Assembly: GCA_964010765.1 (NCBI GenBank)
Contig: CAXGMD010000002.1
Span: 32,001-96,000, forward strand
From: an uncultured bacterium
GTDB taxonomy: Bacteria > SAR324 > NAC60-12
DNA: 64,000 bases
Direction: 5' to 3'
Shown: positions 28,966-39,685 of the stretch, in pieces
How positions within the stretch are numbered: the first letter of the stretch is position 1
Layout: each line of letters opens with the position of its first letter
Translations under genes and position numbers: made by a program
Notes under the pieces: generated by a model
What the model saw: the letters and a program-made list of their open reading frames with translations, nothing else
Database searches by the model: none
Told to the model about the DNA's origin: nothing

Positions 28966-30403
28966 ACGCTTGAGGCCCCGGAGTTTTCAGGCGCGGATGA
29001 CTATCTTTGGTATTCTACTTTTCTTTTTCTCAGCCTTGTTAGTAGTTGGGTTCTCTGGATTTTTTCTTCACAGAGAGTTTGAGTCTAGACTTCAGCAAAG
29101 CATTCTCGGGCAACTGGAGCGCTATTCGAATCTACATCTACAGTCTAAAGCTTTGCTTTTGTTGACCCTGCAACAGGAGCACGATCAGAATCGAATGCGT
29201 GGCACTTGGCTCCACTGGCAAGAAGATCAAGGAGTCCTATGGGAAACCATCCCGGCAAACTGGGAACAAGATCCCACAAGAATGAGGTTCCTTCTGCAAA
29301 CTCACTTGGTCTCTGGTGATGAATGGAGTCGAATGCCTTCCAGGCATCTTGAGCTGTCGAGCAAAAGCCCACCTGAGGATTATCATAACCTAGATCTTGA
29401 AGAGGAAATTCTGATTACTGCACGTGTTCTTTCAGATGGCTCGGTGTTGGCCATCGGAGAGTCACATGCCTTCACACAACTTCAGATAAAACTATTCAGA
29501 CGCAGAGTTTTTAGGATTCTTCTGGCTGTGGGGATTGTCAGTATATTGGTGGGCTGGTTTTTTACACGAAAAGCTCTGCGACCCATCCAAGATCTGGTGG
29601 AAACAACTGAAACGATAGCTGCAGGAAGCTTAGACGCACGTGTCCCAGAGCCCAACACTTCAGGTGAACTGGCTAAACTTACGCGGCTCTACAATGAGAT
29701 GTTGGAACGTATTGAACACCTGGTTACGACCATGAACGAGTCACTTGATAATGTAGCTCATGATCTGAGAACTCCCCTAATGCGTTTGCGTAACTCGATA
29801 GAGATGGCGATCACCAACGAGACCGCATCGGTAGAAGAACTCAGGGATACTTTACTGGATGTTGCTGAAGAAGCAGAGCAGATCCAATTACTGTTGACTG
29901 CATTGATGAATCAGGCTGAAGCTGTAGCTGGAACCATGCGTCTGCGTAAGGAACTGATAGACATAAATGTATTGACGCAGGGGGCTTGTGAGCTCTATGA
30001 GATGCTCGCTGAAGAAAAGCAAATTAAACTGCGAAAGAATTTTGCAGAAATCCCTGTGTTTCTTGAAGCAGATCCAGTTAGGTTGCGTCAGGCTCTTGGA
30101 AACCTTCTTGACAATGCGATTAAATTTACTCCTGAAGGAGGACACATAACCGTGAGCATCCTCTCTGAGTCCAACGTGGTAAATATAGAAATCAAGGACA
30201 CTGGAGTCGGTATCTCTGAGAGTGAGCAGCTCAGAATCTTTGAGAGGCTCTACCGTGGAGATCAAAGCAGAGGTTCAAAAGGGATGGGTCTTGGTCTCAG
30301 TCTTGTGAAGGGTATAATTCAAGCCCATAGAGCTGATATTCAAGTCATCAGCTCCCCTAATCAAGGAAGCACCTTTCGGATTGAATTTTTACGTCCAACA
30401 TAA
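28949..30403 (+). CDS. Membrane sensor histidine kinase with HAMP domain (CusS-like)
   Basis: Two TM segments, HAMP, AHDLRTPL, NLLDNAIKF, DTGVGI, GMGLGLSLV. Confidence 0.9.
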   Translation: MYLSFERLRPRSFQARMTIFGILLFFFSALLVVGFSGFFLHREFESRLQQSILGQLERYSNLHLQSKALLLLTLQQEHDQNRMRGTWLHWQEDQGVLWETIPANWEQDPTRMRFLLQTHLVSGDEWSRMPSRHLELSSKSPPEDYHNLDLEEEILITARVLSDGSVLAIGESHAFTQLQIKLFRRRVFRILLAVGIVSILVGWFFTRKALRPIQDLVETTETIAAGSLDARVPEPNTSGELAKLTRLYNEMLERIEHLVTTMNESLDNVAHDLRTPLMRLRNSIEMAITNETASVEELRDTLLDVAEEAEQIQLLLTALMNQAEAVAGTMRLRKELIDINVLTQGACELYEMLAEEKQIKLRKNFAEIPVFLEADPVRLRQALGNLLDNAIKFTPEGGHITVSILSESNVVNIEIKDTGVGISESEQLRIFERLYRGDQSRGSKGMGLGLSLVKGIIQAHRADIQVISSPNQGSTFRIEFLRPT

Positions 30404-30684
30404 AAAATTATGAATTTTCAGACAGGTCTTAAATTTAGTATTTATACTACTAGGTAAATTCAGTCCTTTCTCTCAAAATTCATAGATCCGAACTTTTCAA
30501 GTAATTGGTGAAGAAAAATGGTACCTTCCCAAAAGATGGGGGTTTTATTTCTTGGTACATTTGCTGGGTAGGAAGCGCTTTAGGATTTCCAAAGGGTACT
30601 GTGGATTTTAATGTGGTGTCGCAAGAGCACTAATCTAGCGGGTGTTTGAACAGTCTTTGATCGAACACCCTAGCCCATCTAAAA

Positions 30685-31965
30685 TTACCAGTGCTTCATA
30701 TTGCCCAAGAACAGATCTTTCAACTCTCCAGGGCCAGCAGGAATAGGAGCTAGCTTTGTTACCCTGTGCTGAGGCAATGTTCCTTCCACCAAGGCGGGCA
30801 CATCTTCGGGACCGTAGCCGACCGCATTAAGCCCATTTGGTAAGCCTGCTTTCTTCATCAAGTCAATCACAGCACTTGCCAAAACCTCTCCAGCATCATC
30901 CGGTGTAGCCCCACGAACATCGGTTCCCATCAACTCTGCACAGCGCAGGTGATTTTCTGGGTCTGCATTTCCTGTCCATCGAAACACAGCCGGGGCATTC
31001 AGGATCACAGACATTCCATGAGGTACGGTGGGATGATCGGGTGGGTAATCCGGAGGAACATATTCCTTGACCATACCACTGACTGGATAAGACATTCCGT
31101 GAGGCAGGTGTACACCCGCATTCCCGAAACCAATTCCAGCATAGGTTGCACCCAACAGAATGGCTCCTCGGGCTTCGTCATCTTCAGGATCATCCAAAAC
31201 ACGCTGTAGATTTTGCGAAATCAATTTTAAGCATTCTGAAGCCCAGATTCGACTGATCGGGTTAGATCCTTGGTAGGCGGGTCGCATTCCAGGAGAATCT
31301 GGTGCGGGTCGTTGGTGATATGGCAAGGCAGTCAATGATTCAAGGGCGTGGCTGACTTGGTCAAGAGCAGTGCAGGCGGTCACCATTTTTGGAAGGCTCC
31401 GGGTGTTATCCGGATCAATGATCCCCATCAGAGGACGAAGCGATCGATGGGCGATTCCAGTCTTGGCTTCCATCGAAAGGAGATCAAAGATTGTGACCCC
31501 AGTTGTTTCGCTACCGGTTCCTGCTGTTGTTGGAATACATATCATGGGCTTGATTGGCCCTGGTACTGGTAGCCCTTTACCAATGGGAGGATTGACGTAG
31601 TCCAGGAAATCTTTTGGTGGGTGAGTCGCATATAGATTTGCTGCTTTCACTGTGTCCATACTGGAGCCTCCGCCCACACCTAAATAGCCATCAAAATTCC
31701 CATTCTTGGCAAAATCAATAGCCTCGCGGAAAGAAACATCGGTTGGTTCCACGGAAACCCCTGAATAGATTTCGTATTCCAGTCCAACGTCCTTAAGCGA
31801 AGCTTCAACGACCTCCATTGTAGCAAGCTTGGCTACGCGAGCATCAGTACAGATCATCAATCGCTTGACGCCCATACTCCTGAAGTCACTTCCAATCTCT
31901 TTGGTGACACCTTTTCCAAACTTGATGCTGGAGGTGTCCATAGTGAATGCAGTTTCCAACTTCAT
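30685..31965 (-). CDS. Hydroxyacid-oxoacid transhydrogenase (iron-containing ADH family, ADHFE1-like)
   Basis: GGGSSMD, DYVNPPIGKG, PTTAGTGSETTG, RPAYQGSNPIS, GNAGVHLPHGMSYPVSG, PHGMSV. Confidence 0.88.
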   Translation of the reverse strand: MKLETAFTMDTSSIKFGKGVTKEIGSDFRSMGVKRLMICTDARVAKLATMEVVEASLKDVGLEYEIYSGVSVEPTDVSFREAIDFAKNGNFDGYLGVGGGSSMDTVKAANLYATHPPKDFLDYVNPPIGKGLPVPGPIKPMICIPTTAGTGSETTGVTIFDLLSMEAKTGIAHRSLRPLMGIIDPDNTRSLPKMVTACTALDQVSHALESLTALPYHQRPAPDSPGMRPAYQGSNPISRIWASECLKLISQNLQRVLDDPEDDEARGAILLGATYAGIGFGNAGVHLPHGMSYPVSGMVKEYVPPDYPPDHPTVPHGMSVILNAPAVFRWTGNADPENHLRCAELMGTDVRGATPDDAGEVLASAVIDLMKKAGLPNGLNAVGYGPEDVPALVEGTLPQHRVTKLAPIPAGPGELKDLFLGNMKHW

Positions 31966-32395
31966 TCTCAGCTCCCTTATAAAAGTTGATTATTAACATA
32001 ATATTTCTGCGAATTATCAGGAACCTACAGACAATCAGCAAGCGCTATACTTTATTCGCCAATTTTGCATCCACAGAAGATTTATCTACTCACCTTGAAA
32101 CTCTCTGGATTTTTCAGACACTTTTGAAAGTGAGGCTGAATATTAATAGAATTATCAAAATACCTCCCCTGATCTTGAATCAGAAATCGAATCCATCCCT
32201 TGTCATCAATATGAGGTTACTTCTTAAGCCAGTGAGATCCTCACAGAAACCAAAATTGATGATGTTTTAAAAGTATCCCAGGGAAAGAAAAACTTACGGA
32301 ATCTAATTGAGAAGATTGACCTTCTCTAAAACGGCGAGTATGCAATTGGATCTGGTGACCAAGACGACTTTACAAACGTGATTTATCGGAGAAGG

Positions 32396-33163
32396 ATGTA
32401 TCGAAAAAATTTGTTACGACAAAAACTTCAAGCTGGTGAAGAACTGATCGGAACCTGGCATGAAATCCCAGATCCGGTAGTGACGGAGATCCTAAGTCTG
32501 AGTGGACTCGATTTCGTGCTTGTCGATAATGAGCACGGGCCGGGTGATGTGTTGACGGTGGCAAATCAGCTCAGGGCTGCAAATGGCTCAGACACTACGT
32601 TGGTCGTTCGTATTCCCTGGAATGATCATGTGATGATCAAAAAACTGTTGGATATTGGAGTCGAGTCGATCATGGTTCCAATGGTTGAAAACGCTGAGGA
32701 AGCAGAAGCAGTAGTATCCGCTGTCCGCTATCCACCAAGAGGAATACGCGGAATTGCTCACACGGACGCAAGAGCGAGCGAGTATGGCTTCAAGGCAGAT
32801 GAGTACTTGGAGACAGCTTCTGACAATACCTTTGTCATTTGCCAAGTGGAAAGTGCGAAGGCGGCAAATAACATTGATGAAATCGTGGCTGTCGATGGAC
32901 TGGATATGATTTTCATTGGACCGTTTGATCTCTCAGCCAGTTTGGGAACCCCAGCCAAATTTGAGAATCCAGAGCACCAGCGTTTAATGAAAAAAACCGT
33001 TGATGCCACGAAGGCTGCGGGAAAATATTTGGGAGTCACTCCCTATGGAACAAACTCCATGGCAGATTTGTATTCACAAGGTTTTGATCTGGTCGTGAGT
33101 CTCGCTGATGTTGGAATGATTCGGGATGCTGCACGAACACTTGCAGACCAAAAACCTAAATAA
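32396..33163 (+). CDS. HpcH/HpaI class II pyruvate aldolase family protein
   Basis: VDNEHG, VVRIP, YPPRGIRG, QVES, FIGPFDLSASLG; ATG follows GAAGG. Confidence 0.88.
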   Translation: MYRKNLLRQKLQAGEELIGTWHEIPDPVVTEILSLSGLDFVLVDNEHGPGDVLTVANQLRAANGSDTTLVVRIPWNDHVMIKKLLDIGVESIMVPMVENAEEAEAVVSAVRYPPRGIRGIAHTDARASEYGFKADEYLETASDNTFVICQVESAKAANNIDEIVAVDGLDMIFIGPFDLSASLGTPAKFENPEHQRLMKKTVDATKAAGKYLGVTPYGTNSMADLYSQGFDLVVSLADVGMIRDAARTLADQKPK

Positions 33164-33178
33164 TTGCTCGGATAAAGC

Positions 33179-33946
33179 ATGTCAGGACGATTAACTGATG
33201 AACACATTCTGATTACAGGAGGTAGTCGCGGGATAGGGGCTGCGATTGTCGAAAAATGCCTCCTGGAAGGGGCTAACGTATCATTTATAGATCTCGAGGG
33301 GGAGGAAGGGGAAAATCTCCTGACAAAATTAAATCAAGATAGCAAGTTACTGTTTGTTAGGGGGAACGTCTGCTCTGCTGAGGATTTGAAGAGCTGGAGT
33401 GATGCTTCCCGAAAAAAGTTTGGTTCAATTACTGGGTTGGTCAACAATGCTGGCCGAAACTCCTATGCAGACCCAGTGACCATGACAGAGCAACAGTGGG
33501 AAGATGTTTTCGATGTTGATTTGAAAGCGGCCTGGCTTGCTGCTCGGGAAGCTTTACCAGATATGATTGCAAACAAAAGAGGGTCAATCGTAAATATCGC
33601 ATCAGTACATGCCAATATGACCTACCCTAGTATGTTTCCCTATGCAGCTGCAAAGTCGGGATTGGTCGGCCTAACTCGTTCGATGGCATTGGAGGTTGGT
33701 CCACATCAGATCAGAGTTAATGCCCTATCACCTGGTTATACTGAGACATTTCTGGTGAAAGAGTTTTTTGAAAGGAATGATCCTGCACTTCGACAGAAGG
33801 TTCTCGACGTTCACCCGATGAATCGGATGGCAAAGCCTGCAGAAATTGCCAATTGCGTTGCTTTCCTGCTTTCGACTGAGGCATCCTTTGTTACAGGTGC
33901 AAACTGGATAGCAGATGGCGGCTTAACCTCTAGATTTGCTGGATGA
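33179..33946 (+). CDS. SDR family oxidoreductase (sugar-acid dehydrogenase-like)
   Basis: TGGSRGIG, NNAG, YAAAK, RVNALSPG. Confidence 0.9.
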   Translation: MSGRLTDEHILITGGSRGIGAAIVEKCLLEGANVSFIDLEGEEGENLLTKLNQDSKLLFVRGNVCSAEDLKSWSDASRKKFGSITGLVNNAGRNSYADPVTMTEQQWEDVFDVDLKAAWLAAREALPDMIANKRGSIVNIASVHANMTYPSMFPYAAAKSGLVGLTRSMALEVGPHQIRVNALSPGYTETFLVKEFFERNDPALRQKVLDVHPMNRMAKPAEIANCVAFLLSTEASFVTGANWIADGGLTSRFAG

Positions 33947-33950
33947 CTGA

Positions 33951-35132
33951 ATGCGAATTGAATCTGTTGATTTCTTTTACTTGTCAATGCCTCAGGTAAC
34001 GACTGAAGCAGATGGAAGCCAGGATGCTTTATTGGTGAGAATTGCTGCTGGTGGTTTGGTGGGTTATGGAGAATGTGAAGCAGCTCCATTACCTTCCATT
34101 GCTGCTTTAGTTTGCCCATTATCCCATGGATCCTGCCAACCAGTTCAGGATTCCGTGCTTGGGCAAAACATAAACAATCCCTCGGATATTCAGCGAATAA
34201 GTCAGCTCGTTGCTTATCAAAGTATGGATTTGCTCCAGGCTGCCCATACTTTCTCAGGGATCGAGATGGCGCTATGGGATCTTCTAGGTAAGTCCACAGA
34301 TGCACCAGTCTGGAAACTGCTCGGTTATCAGGAAAGTTTTGCTAAAACTCCCTATTTTTCGGTCCTTTTTGGGGATGATCCGGCTATCACTTTTGAACGT
34401 GCGAAAGAAGCTCGTCAAAAAGGCTTTCAAGCAGCAAAATTCGGTTGGGGCCCAATTGGATTGGGATCGGCTTCAGAAGATCGTGAACATTTTCAAGCAG
34501 CCAGAGAAGGCCTTGGTAATGATGGACTTTTGCTCGTTGATACCGGTCAGATCTTTGGGGAAGATGTTGAGAAAGCTTCCCAAAGAATCGGGGCAATGGA
34601 GGAGGCGAATGTTCTGTGGTTTGAAGAACCTTTTCACGCTCATGCCCTAGAAGAGTATGGGGAACTTGTGAAGCGAAGTGGTAAAATTAAACTCGCCGGT
34701 GGGGAAGGTGCACATCATCCTTCGATGGCTAAGCATCTGATTGATTTTGGAAAAGTTGGTTATGTTCAAATCGACTGTGGTCGCATAGGGGGTATTGGAC
34801 CAGCCAAACTAGTAGCTGATCATGCTGTGGCCAAGGGTGTCACCTACGTAAACCACACCTTCACCTCTCACCTTGCCTTAAGTGCTTCCCTTCAGCCTTA
34901 TGCGGGGTTAAAAGCTCATGAAATTTGTGAGTACCCTGGCCAACCAAAATCTCTTGCACTGGACATTACCAAATCTCATTTGGCACTGGATCAAAATGGT
35001 CAAATCAAGGCACCTGAAGCTCCGGGTTTAGGGATGGAAATCAATCTTGAAGCCCTGAATTCCTATTTGGTGGATGTTTCGATTGAAGTGAATGGTCAAA
35101 ATTTATATAAAACACCACAATTCGAAATTTAA
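33951..35132 (+). CDS. Mandelate racemase/muconate lactonising (enolase superfamily) enzyme, probably a dehydratase
   Basis: GIEMALWDLLGK, metal ligands VD / FEEP / GGE, NHTF His, APGLG. Confidence 0.88.
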   Translation: MRIESVDFFYLSMPQVTTEADGSQDALLVRIAAGGLVGYGECEAAPLPSIAALVCPLSHGSCQPVQDSVLGQNINNPSDIQRISQLVAYQSMDLLQAAHTFSGIEMALWDLLGKSTDAPVWKLLGYQESFAKTPYFSVLFGDDPAITFERAKEARQKGFQAAKFGWGPIGLGSASEDREHFQAAREGLGNDGLLLVDTGQIFGEDVEKASQRIGAMEEANVLWFEEPFHAHALEEYGELVKRSGKIKLAGGEGAHHPSMAKHLIDFGKVGYVQIDCGRIGGIGPAKLVADHAVAKGVTYVNHTFTSHLALSASLQPYAGLKAHEICEYPGQPKSLALDITKSHLALDQNGQIKAPEAPGLGMEINLEALNSYLVDVSIEVNGQNLYKTPQFEI

Positions 35133-35207
35133 TATATCAAGGTGACTGTTTGCTTTTAGAATAAATATTTTTTTGGTTTGACTCTGAAAAGATCACTCGA
35201 AGGTTCA

Positions 35208-36062
35208 ATGGAAAAAGATCAAATAGATCAGTTCTGGAAGGAGGGCTATGTCGTTGTTGAATCAGTAGTACCAAGGGAATTGATCGAAGAAGCTAACATT
35301 GTTCTGAAGCAACTTATAGAAGCTGCCTGCAAAGTTACTTCGAGTAATTCCATCTATGATTTGAGCGATCAACATACCGAACACGTTCCTAGTGTGAGAC
35401 GTATCAAGGACCCTCACCTAGTCCATCCAGTTTATGATCAAATAATGCGCTCAGAAGCTGTTCTCGATTGTGTCAGGGCCTTGTTAGGGCCTGATTTGCG
35501 GATGGAGCATAGTAAGCTGAACATCAAGCAAGCTAAAGGCGGGGAAGCGGTGGAATGGCATCAAGATTGGGCTTTTTACCCTCATTCGAATGATGACATT
35601 CTTGAAGTGGGAGTACTTCTGGAGGACTGCGACGAGGAAAATGGACCTCTATTGATGATTCCCGAATCTCATAGGGGACCGATTGAAAATCATCATCATC
35701 CAGAGGGATTTTTCTGCGGGGCAATTGATATCGAAAACGCTACTTTTGATGCAAAGAAAGCGGTTTCATTGACTGCCAAAGCTGGAGCGATCACGATGCA
35801 CCACGTTCGGATGGTGCACGGGTCTAGATCAAACCAATCAGAAAGGAACCGTCCAATCCTTCTCATCGGCTATAGCGCTGCGGATGCTTGGCCTCTGAGA
35901 GGAATTAGCACCATTGAAGAGTTTGAAGGTAGGATGATTTGTGGAAAAACTCACCTTCCTCGCTTGGAAAAAGTACCAGTTCGAATGCCCTACCCCCCAG
36001 CCCCTGATCAGGGATCCATTTTTGAAAACCAGCGCTTCGTAGCAGGGAAGTCCTTCCAATAA
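35208..36062 (+). CDS. Phytanoyl-CoA dioxygenase (PhyH) family Fe(II)/2-oxoglutarate dioxygenase
   Basis: FWKEGYVVV, WHQDWAFYPH, NGPLLMIPESH, VHGSRSN...R. Confidence 0.88.
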   Translation: MEKDQIDQFWKEGYVVVESVVPRELIEEANIVLKQLIEAACKVTSSNSIYDLSDQHTEHVPSVRRIKDPHLVHPVYDQIMRSEAVLDCVRALLGPDLRMEHSKLNIKQAKGGEAVEWHQDWAFYPHSNDDILEVGVLLEDCDEENGPLLMIPESHRGPIENHHHPEGFFCGAIDIENATFDAKKAVSLTAKAGAITMHHVRMVHGSRSNQSERNRPILLIGYSAADAWPLRGISTIEEFEGRMICGKTHLPRLEKVPVRMPYPPAPDQGSIFENQRFVAGKSFQ

Positions 36063-36162
36063 CTCACTTAAAAATCCAATTAATCTAAGTTTTGGAACTC
36101 ACTGCTTGTCAAAAGGTTAATTAAGTTGAAACAGAACCTTTGAAAAACCATTAACCCTTTGT

Positions 36163-37137
36163 CTAACAAGAATCTTGAAAAGTACTCTCAATTAATTTTT
36201 GAACGGACAGAGCATCTGCAAAATTAGCCAACCTCTTCTGCCCATCATCGAGTTGGAGTGCGACTTGATCTAGTTGCCCTGTGTACGCTCGGATGGGTTG
36301 ACTCATTACAGTGTCAAGCAGCGGTTTCCAGCCGTCTGGGTTTTCAAGATAAAGTTGGTACCAGTTGTCAAAAACCAAGCATCCCTCTGATCCCAGAATT
36401 CGGTAACGAACGATATCTTGGCGAAAGCCTCCAACCCCAGCGTTAACTGTTATTGGACCAACTGAGGACTCCCATTTTCCCATGAATATATTTTCTGAAT
36501 GGCCAGATTCGGGATATTCTAAAATCTGAGGGGCCCCTAGCTTGAGCTCGCCAAAGATTTCACGACTCAAGTAAGCATAGTGAGATCCGACTTCCCTCAG
36601 CATCCCCCCTTGTTCTTGTTTACCCAGCCAGGTTGCATGGGCTTGCCAAGCACGAGGCCATTTCGCAAATTTCATAATGAATTCTGCGCCGAGTAATTCT
36701 CCGATGGAGCCCGAAGCTAATTTTTCTCTGGCTACTTGCATTGAGGGAGCCCCTGAGAAAACAAAATTCACTCCTTGAAAAACGTCATGCTTTTCTATAG
36801 TTGGGACTAGATCCTCACTTTCCGAGATACTGATACCGAGCGGTTTTTCACACAGAATGTTCCAGTTGTTAGACAAGCCACTATGAACAGCCTGAGCATG
36901 GAATTTTGGTGGGGTAGAAACATAGAGAAGGTCGATTCCCTTCGTCTCCAAGAGAGTTGAAATATCTTTTGTAAGCTTGAAAGATCCTACAGGACGTTCA
37001 AAGTTATGGAGTGAATCTGTTCGAACATCAAATCCAACAACAGGCTCGAATCTTGGGTGATCCATCATATGGGTCAACATTCTTTTGCCAACCGCTCCAA
37101 GGCCAATGATCGCTGTTCGATAAATTTCTTTTGTCAT
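36163..37137 (-). CDS. Gfo/Idh/MocA family oxidoreductase
   Basis: IIGLGAVG, STPPKFH, LCEKPL, GGMLREVGSH. Confidence 0.88.
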   Translation of the reverse strand: MTKEIYRTAIIGLGAVGKRMLTHMMDHPRFEPVVGFDVRTDSLHNFERPVGSFKLTKDISTLLETKGIDLLYVSTPPKFHAQAVHSGLSNNWNILCEKPLGISISESEDLVPTIEKHDVFQGVNFVFSGAPSMQVAREKLASGSIGELLGAEFIMKFAKWPRAWQAHATWLGKQEQGGMLREVGSHYAYLSREIFGELKLGAPQILEYPESGHSENIFMGKWESSVGPITVNAGVGGFRQDIVRYRILGSEGCLVFDNWYQLYLENPDGWKPLLDTVMSQPIRAYTGQLDQVALQLDDGQKRLANFADALSVQKLIESTFQDSC

Positions 37138-37199
37138 GATTACAATGCCTTCAATCAGTAAGTCTGAAAATTAAAACCGAAAAAATCAAAAGGTTCCCG

Positions 37200-38201
37200 A
37201 TGCAAGTTCCAAAAGTTATGAATCATATTTCCATCCGAGAACCTGGAGATCCAGATGTTTTGGTTTCTGATACCGGGCAAGTCCCAGAGATTAGGGATCG
37301 TGAGGTTTTGATAAAAGTTGCAGCTGCAGGCATCAATCGACCGGATGTAATGCAAAGGCAGGGAAATTACAATCCACCTCCAGGTGCCTCACAAATTCCT
37401 GGACTTGAAGTGGCTGGAGAAGTGGTTGCTGTTGCTTCTGGGGTCACTGAGTATAAAGTTGGGGATAGAGTATGCGCCTTAGTTTCAGGAGGAGGATATG
37501 CAGAATACTGCAATGCGCCAGTTCCTCAGGTTTTGCCGATTCCAGTAGGATTATCAATCGTTGAAGCTGCAGGAGTTCCTGAAAATTATTTTACCGTTTG
37601 GACCAACGTCTTTGAGAGAGGAGGACTTCAGTCGGGAGAAACAATCTTGATCCACGGCGGTTCCAGCGGTATTGGGACAACCGCTATTCAGTTGGCTCAT
37701 CTTCATGGAGCAAATGTTATCACCACAGCAGGCAACGCAGAGAAATGCCGAGCCTGCTTGGATTTAGGGGCCAAACATGCCATCAACTATAGAGAACAAG
37801 ATTTTGTTGATCAGGTCAGAGAAATCACTTCCGGCAAAGGAGTCGAACTAATTTTAGACATGGTCGGCGGTGATTACATCCAAAAGAATATTTCTTGTCT
37901 GGCATTAGAGGGGCGCTTGGTTCAGATCGCATTCCTGAAGCCATCAGTTAATGAAATCAACCTTGCCCCAATGATGATCAATCGACTCACTATTACCGGT
38001 TCAACACTAAGGCCAAGGACCGTTCAGCAAAAAGGGGCGATTGCTGATGAACTTCGAAAGAACGTCTGGCCTCTTTTCATGGAGGACAAACTAAAGGTGC
38101 TGGTTCACAAGACTTTCCCACTGAGCAAAGCTAACGAGGCCCATCGTCTGATGGAAGAGAGCACGCACATTGGAAAAATCATCTTAGATCTTTCCATCTA
38201 A
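37200..38201 (+). CDS. NAD(P)H-quinone oxidoreductase, PIG3 family (MDR superfamily)
   Basis: AAGINRPD, PGLEVAG, GGGYAEY, IHGGSSGIG, GSTLRPR, HIGKI. Confidence 0.9.
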   Translation: MQVPKVMNHISIREPGDPDVLVSDTGQVPEIRDREVLIKVAAAGINRPDVMQRQGNYNPPPGASQIPGLEVAGEVVAVASGVTEYKVGDRVCALVSGGGYAEYCNAPVPQVLPIPVGLSIVEAAGVPENYFTVWTNVFERGGLQSGETILIHGGSSGIGTTAIQLAHLHGANVITTAGNAEKCRACLDLGAKHAINYREQDFVDQVREITSGKGVELILDMVGGDYIQKNISCLALEGRLVQIAFLKPSVNEINLAPMMINRLTITGSTLRPRTVQQKGAIADELRKNVWPLFMEDKLKVLVHKTFPLSKANEAHRLMEESTHIGKIILDLSI

Positions 38202-38228
38202 TGTTTGCACTTGGCGGATCAGGAAAGT

Positions 38229-38933
38229 TTACAGACCGAGGTAGGCTTTCTTGACCTCTGGATTGACCATGAGCTCCGGACCTGTCCCGTTGATGGTAAC
38301 ATTTCCGTTCTCCATTACCCAGGCGTAGTCAGAGATTGAGAGAGATTTCTGGACGTTTTGCTCGACTAGCAGAACTGTGGTGCCTAATTTTTTAACCTCT
38401 GCAATCAAATCGAAAATCTGTTGAACGATGATGGGAGCTAAACCCAGAGAAGGCTCGTCGAGCATCAAGATTTTCGGTCGACTCATCAATCCCCGACTGA
38501 TCGCAACCATCTGTTGTTCTCCGCCACTTAAGGTGCCTGCGTATTGATCAAGCCTCTCACGGACTCGTGGAAATAGCTCTAAAACCATCTCCATGTTTTG
38601 ATCAGCTTGTTTTGCTGCGGTGGGGTTAAATGCGCCCAAGAGAAGGTTTTCTTCGACTGTCAGAGATGGAAAAAGGCGGCGTCCCTCGGGCACCATGACG
38701 ATTCCCATTTCCACTCGCTCGAATGGCTTCAGTTTCTGAATAGGGCTGTTCCTAAAAAGAATTTCCCCAGTCCAAGTTTTGTTCAAACCAGCGATTGTGC
38801 GAATTGTCGTTGTCTTGCCCACCCCATTGGAACCGATAATGGTGGTGATAGAGCCCTCATCCAACTTAAGTGAGAGACCCTTGACGATTTCTATATCTTC
38901 ATAACCTGAGGTGACTTGTCGTAGTTCGAGCAT
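38229..38933 (-). CDS. livF: Branched-chain amino acid-type ABC ATPase (LivF-like)
   Basis: GSNGVGKT, VPEGRRLF, LSGGEQQM, LDEPSLGLAP, LVEQN, AYLG. Confidence 0.85.
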   Translation of the reverse strand: MLELRQVTSGYEDIEIVKGLSLKLDEGSITTIIGSNGVGKTTTIRTIAGLNKTWTGEILFRNSPIQKLKPFERVEMGIVMVPEGRRLFPSLTVEENLLLGAFNPTAAKQADQNMEMVLELFPRVRERLDQYAGTLSGGEQQMVAISRGLMSRPKILMLDEPSLGLAPIIVQQIFDLIAEVKKLGTTVLLVEQNVQKSLSISDYAWVMENGNVTINGTGPELMVNPEVKKAYLGL

Positions 38934-38941
38934 TGATACTT

Positions 38942-39685
38942 TCAGCTTATGACAGACTGTGCGTTAAAATCACTGCCTAAGTAGGCTTCCATAACCGCGG
39001 GGTTAACTGAGATCTCCTGCGGATTGCCTGAAGCTATGTTTTCACCATTATTGATGACGACGATGTGATCACACAGAGACATGATCACAGCCATCACATG
39101 TTCGACGATGACGATGGTGATGCCTGCATCCCTGACTTTTCCCAGTACCGCAATCATCTTTTGCATTTCGGTCGGCGTCAAACCAGCCAGGACCTCGTCC
39201 AACAACAAGAGCTCAGGTTTTGTCGCAAGAGCCTTGGCAACTTCTACTCTTTTTCGGCCAGCGACAGGTAGAGCACCTGCCGACATTTTTGCCTGATCGG
39301 AGAATTCAACCAATTCCAGGACATCCAGGGCTATTTCTTTAGCTCGCTGGGTGCTTCCGGTTTTGTTGAAAGCACCAATCATCACGTTTTCAAGAACAGT
39401 CAATTCAGGGAATGGTTTCACAATCTGAAAAGTTCTGGTCATGCCAAGCTTACAAATATTGGATGGCCTCATTCCATTGATTCTATGACCATTGAAAACA
39501 ATTTCACCCTCATCCGGTTGCATAAATCCTGACAATAGATTGAAAAATGTGGTCTTGCCTGCGCCATTGGGTCCAATCAACCCGGTGATTCGACCTTTTT
39601 CAATGCTCATTTCCGCTTTGTTGACCGCAACAAGCCCCCCAAATCGTTTCGTTACGTTTTTGGCTTCCAGAAGAGATTTTGTCAT
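38942..39685 (-). CDS. livG: Branched-chain amino acid-type ABC ATPase (LivG-like)
   Basis: KRFGGLVAV, GPNGAGKTT, RTFQ, LLDE, VEHVM. ATG at 39685 overlaps the livM stop. Confidence 0.85.
   Translation of the reverse strand: MTKSLLEAKNVTKRFGGLVAVNKAEMSIEKGRITGLIGPNGAGKTTFFNLLSGFMQPDEGEIVFNGHRINGMRPSNICKLGMTRTFQIVKPFPELTVLENVMIGAFNKTGSTQRAKEIALDVLELVEFSDQAKMSAGALPVAGRKRVEVAKALATKPELLLLDEVLAGLTPTEMQKMIAVLGKVRDAGITIVIVEHVMAVIMSLCDHIVVINNGENIASGNPQEISVNPAVMEAYLGSDFNAQSVIS

Noticed and set aside
31986..32270. 94-aa ORF in the intergenic region between the transhydrogenase and the aldolase
   Set aside because: TTG start 20 nt from a divergent start codon, no RBS, AT-rich composition; probably spurious promoter DNA.
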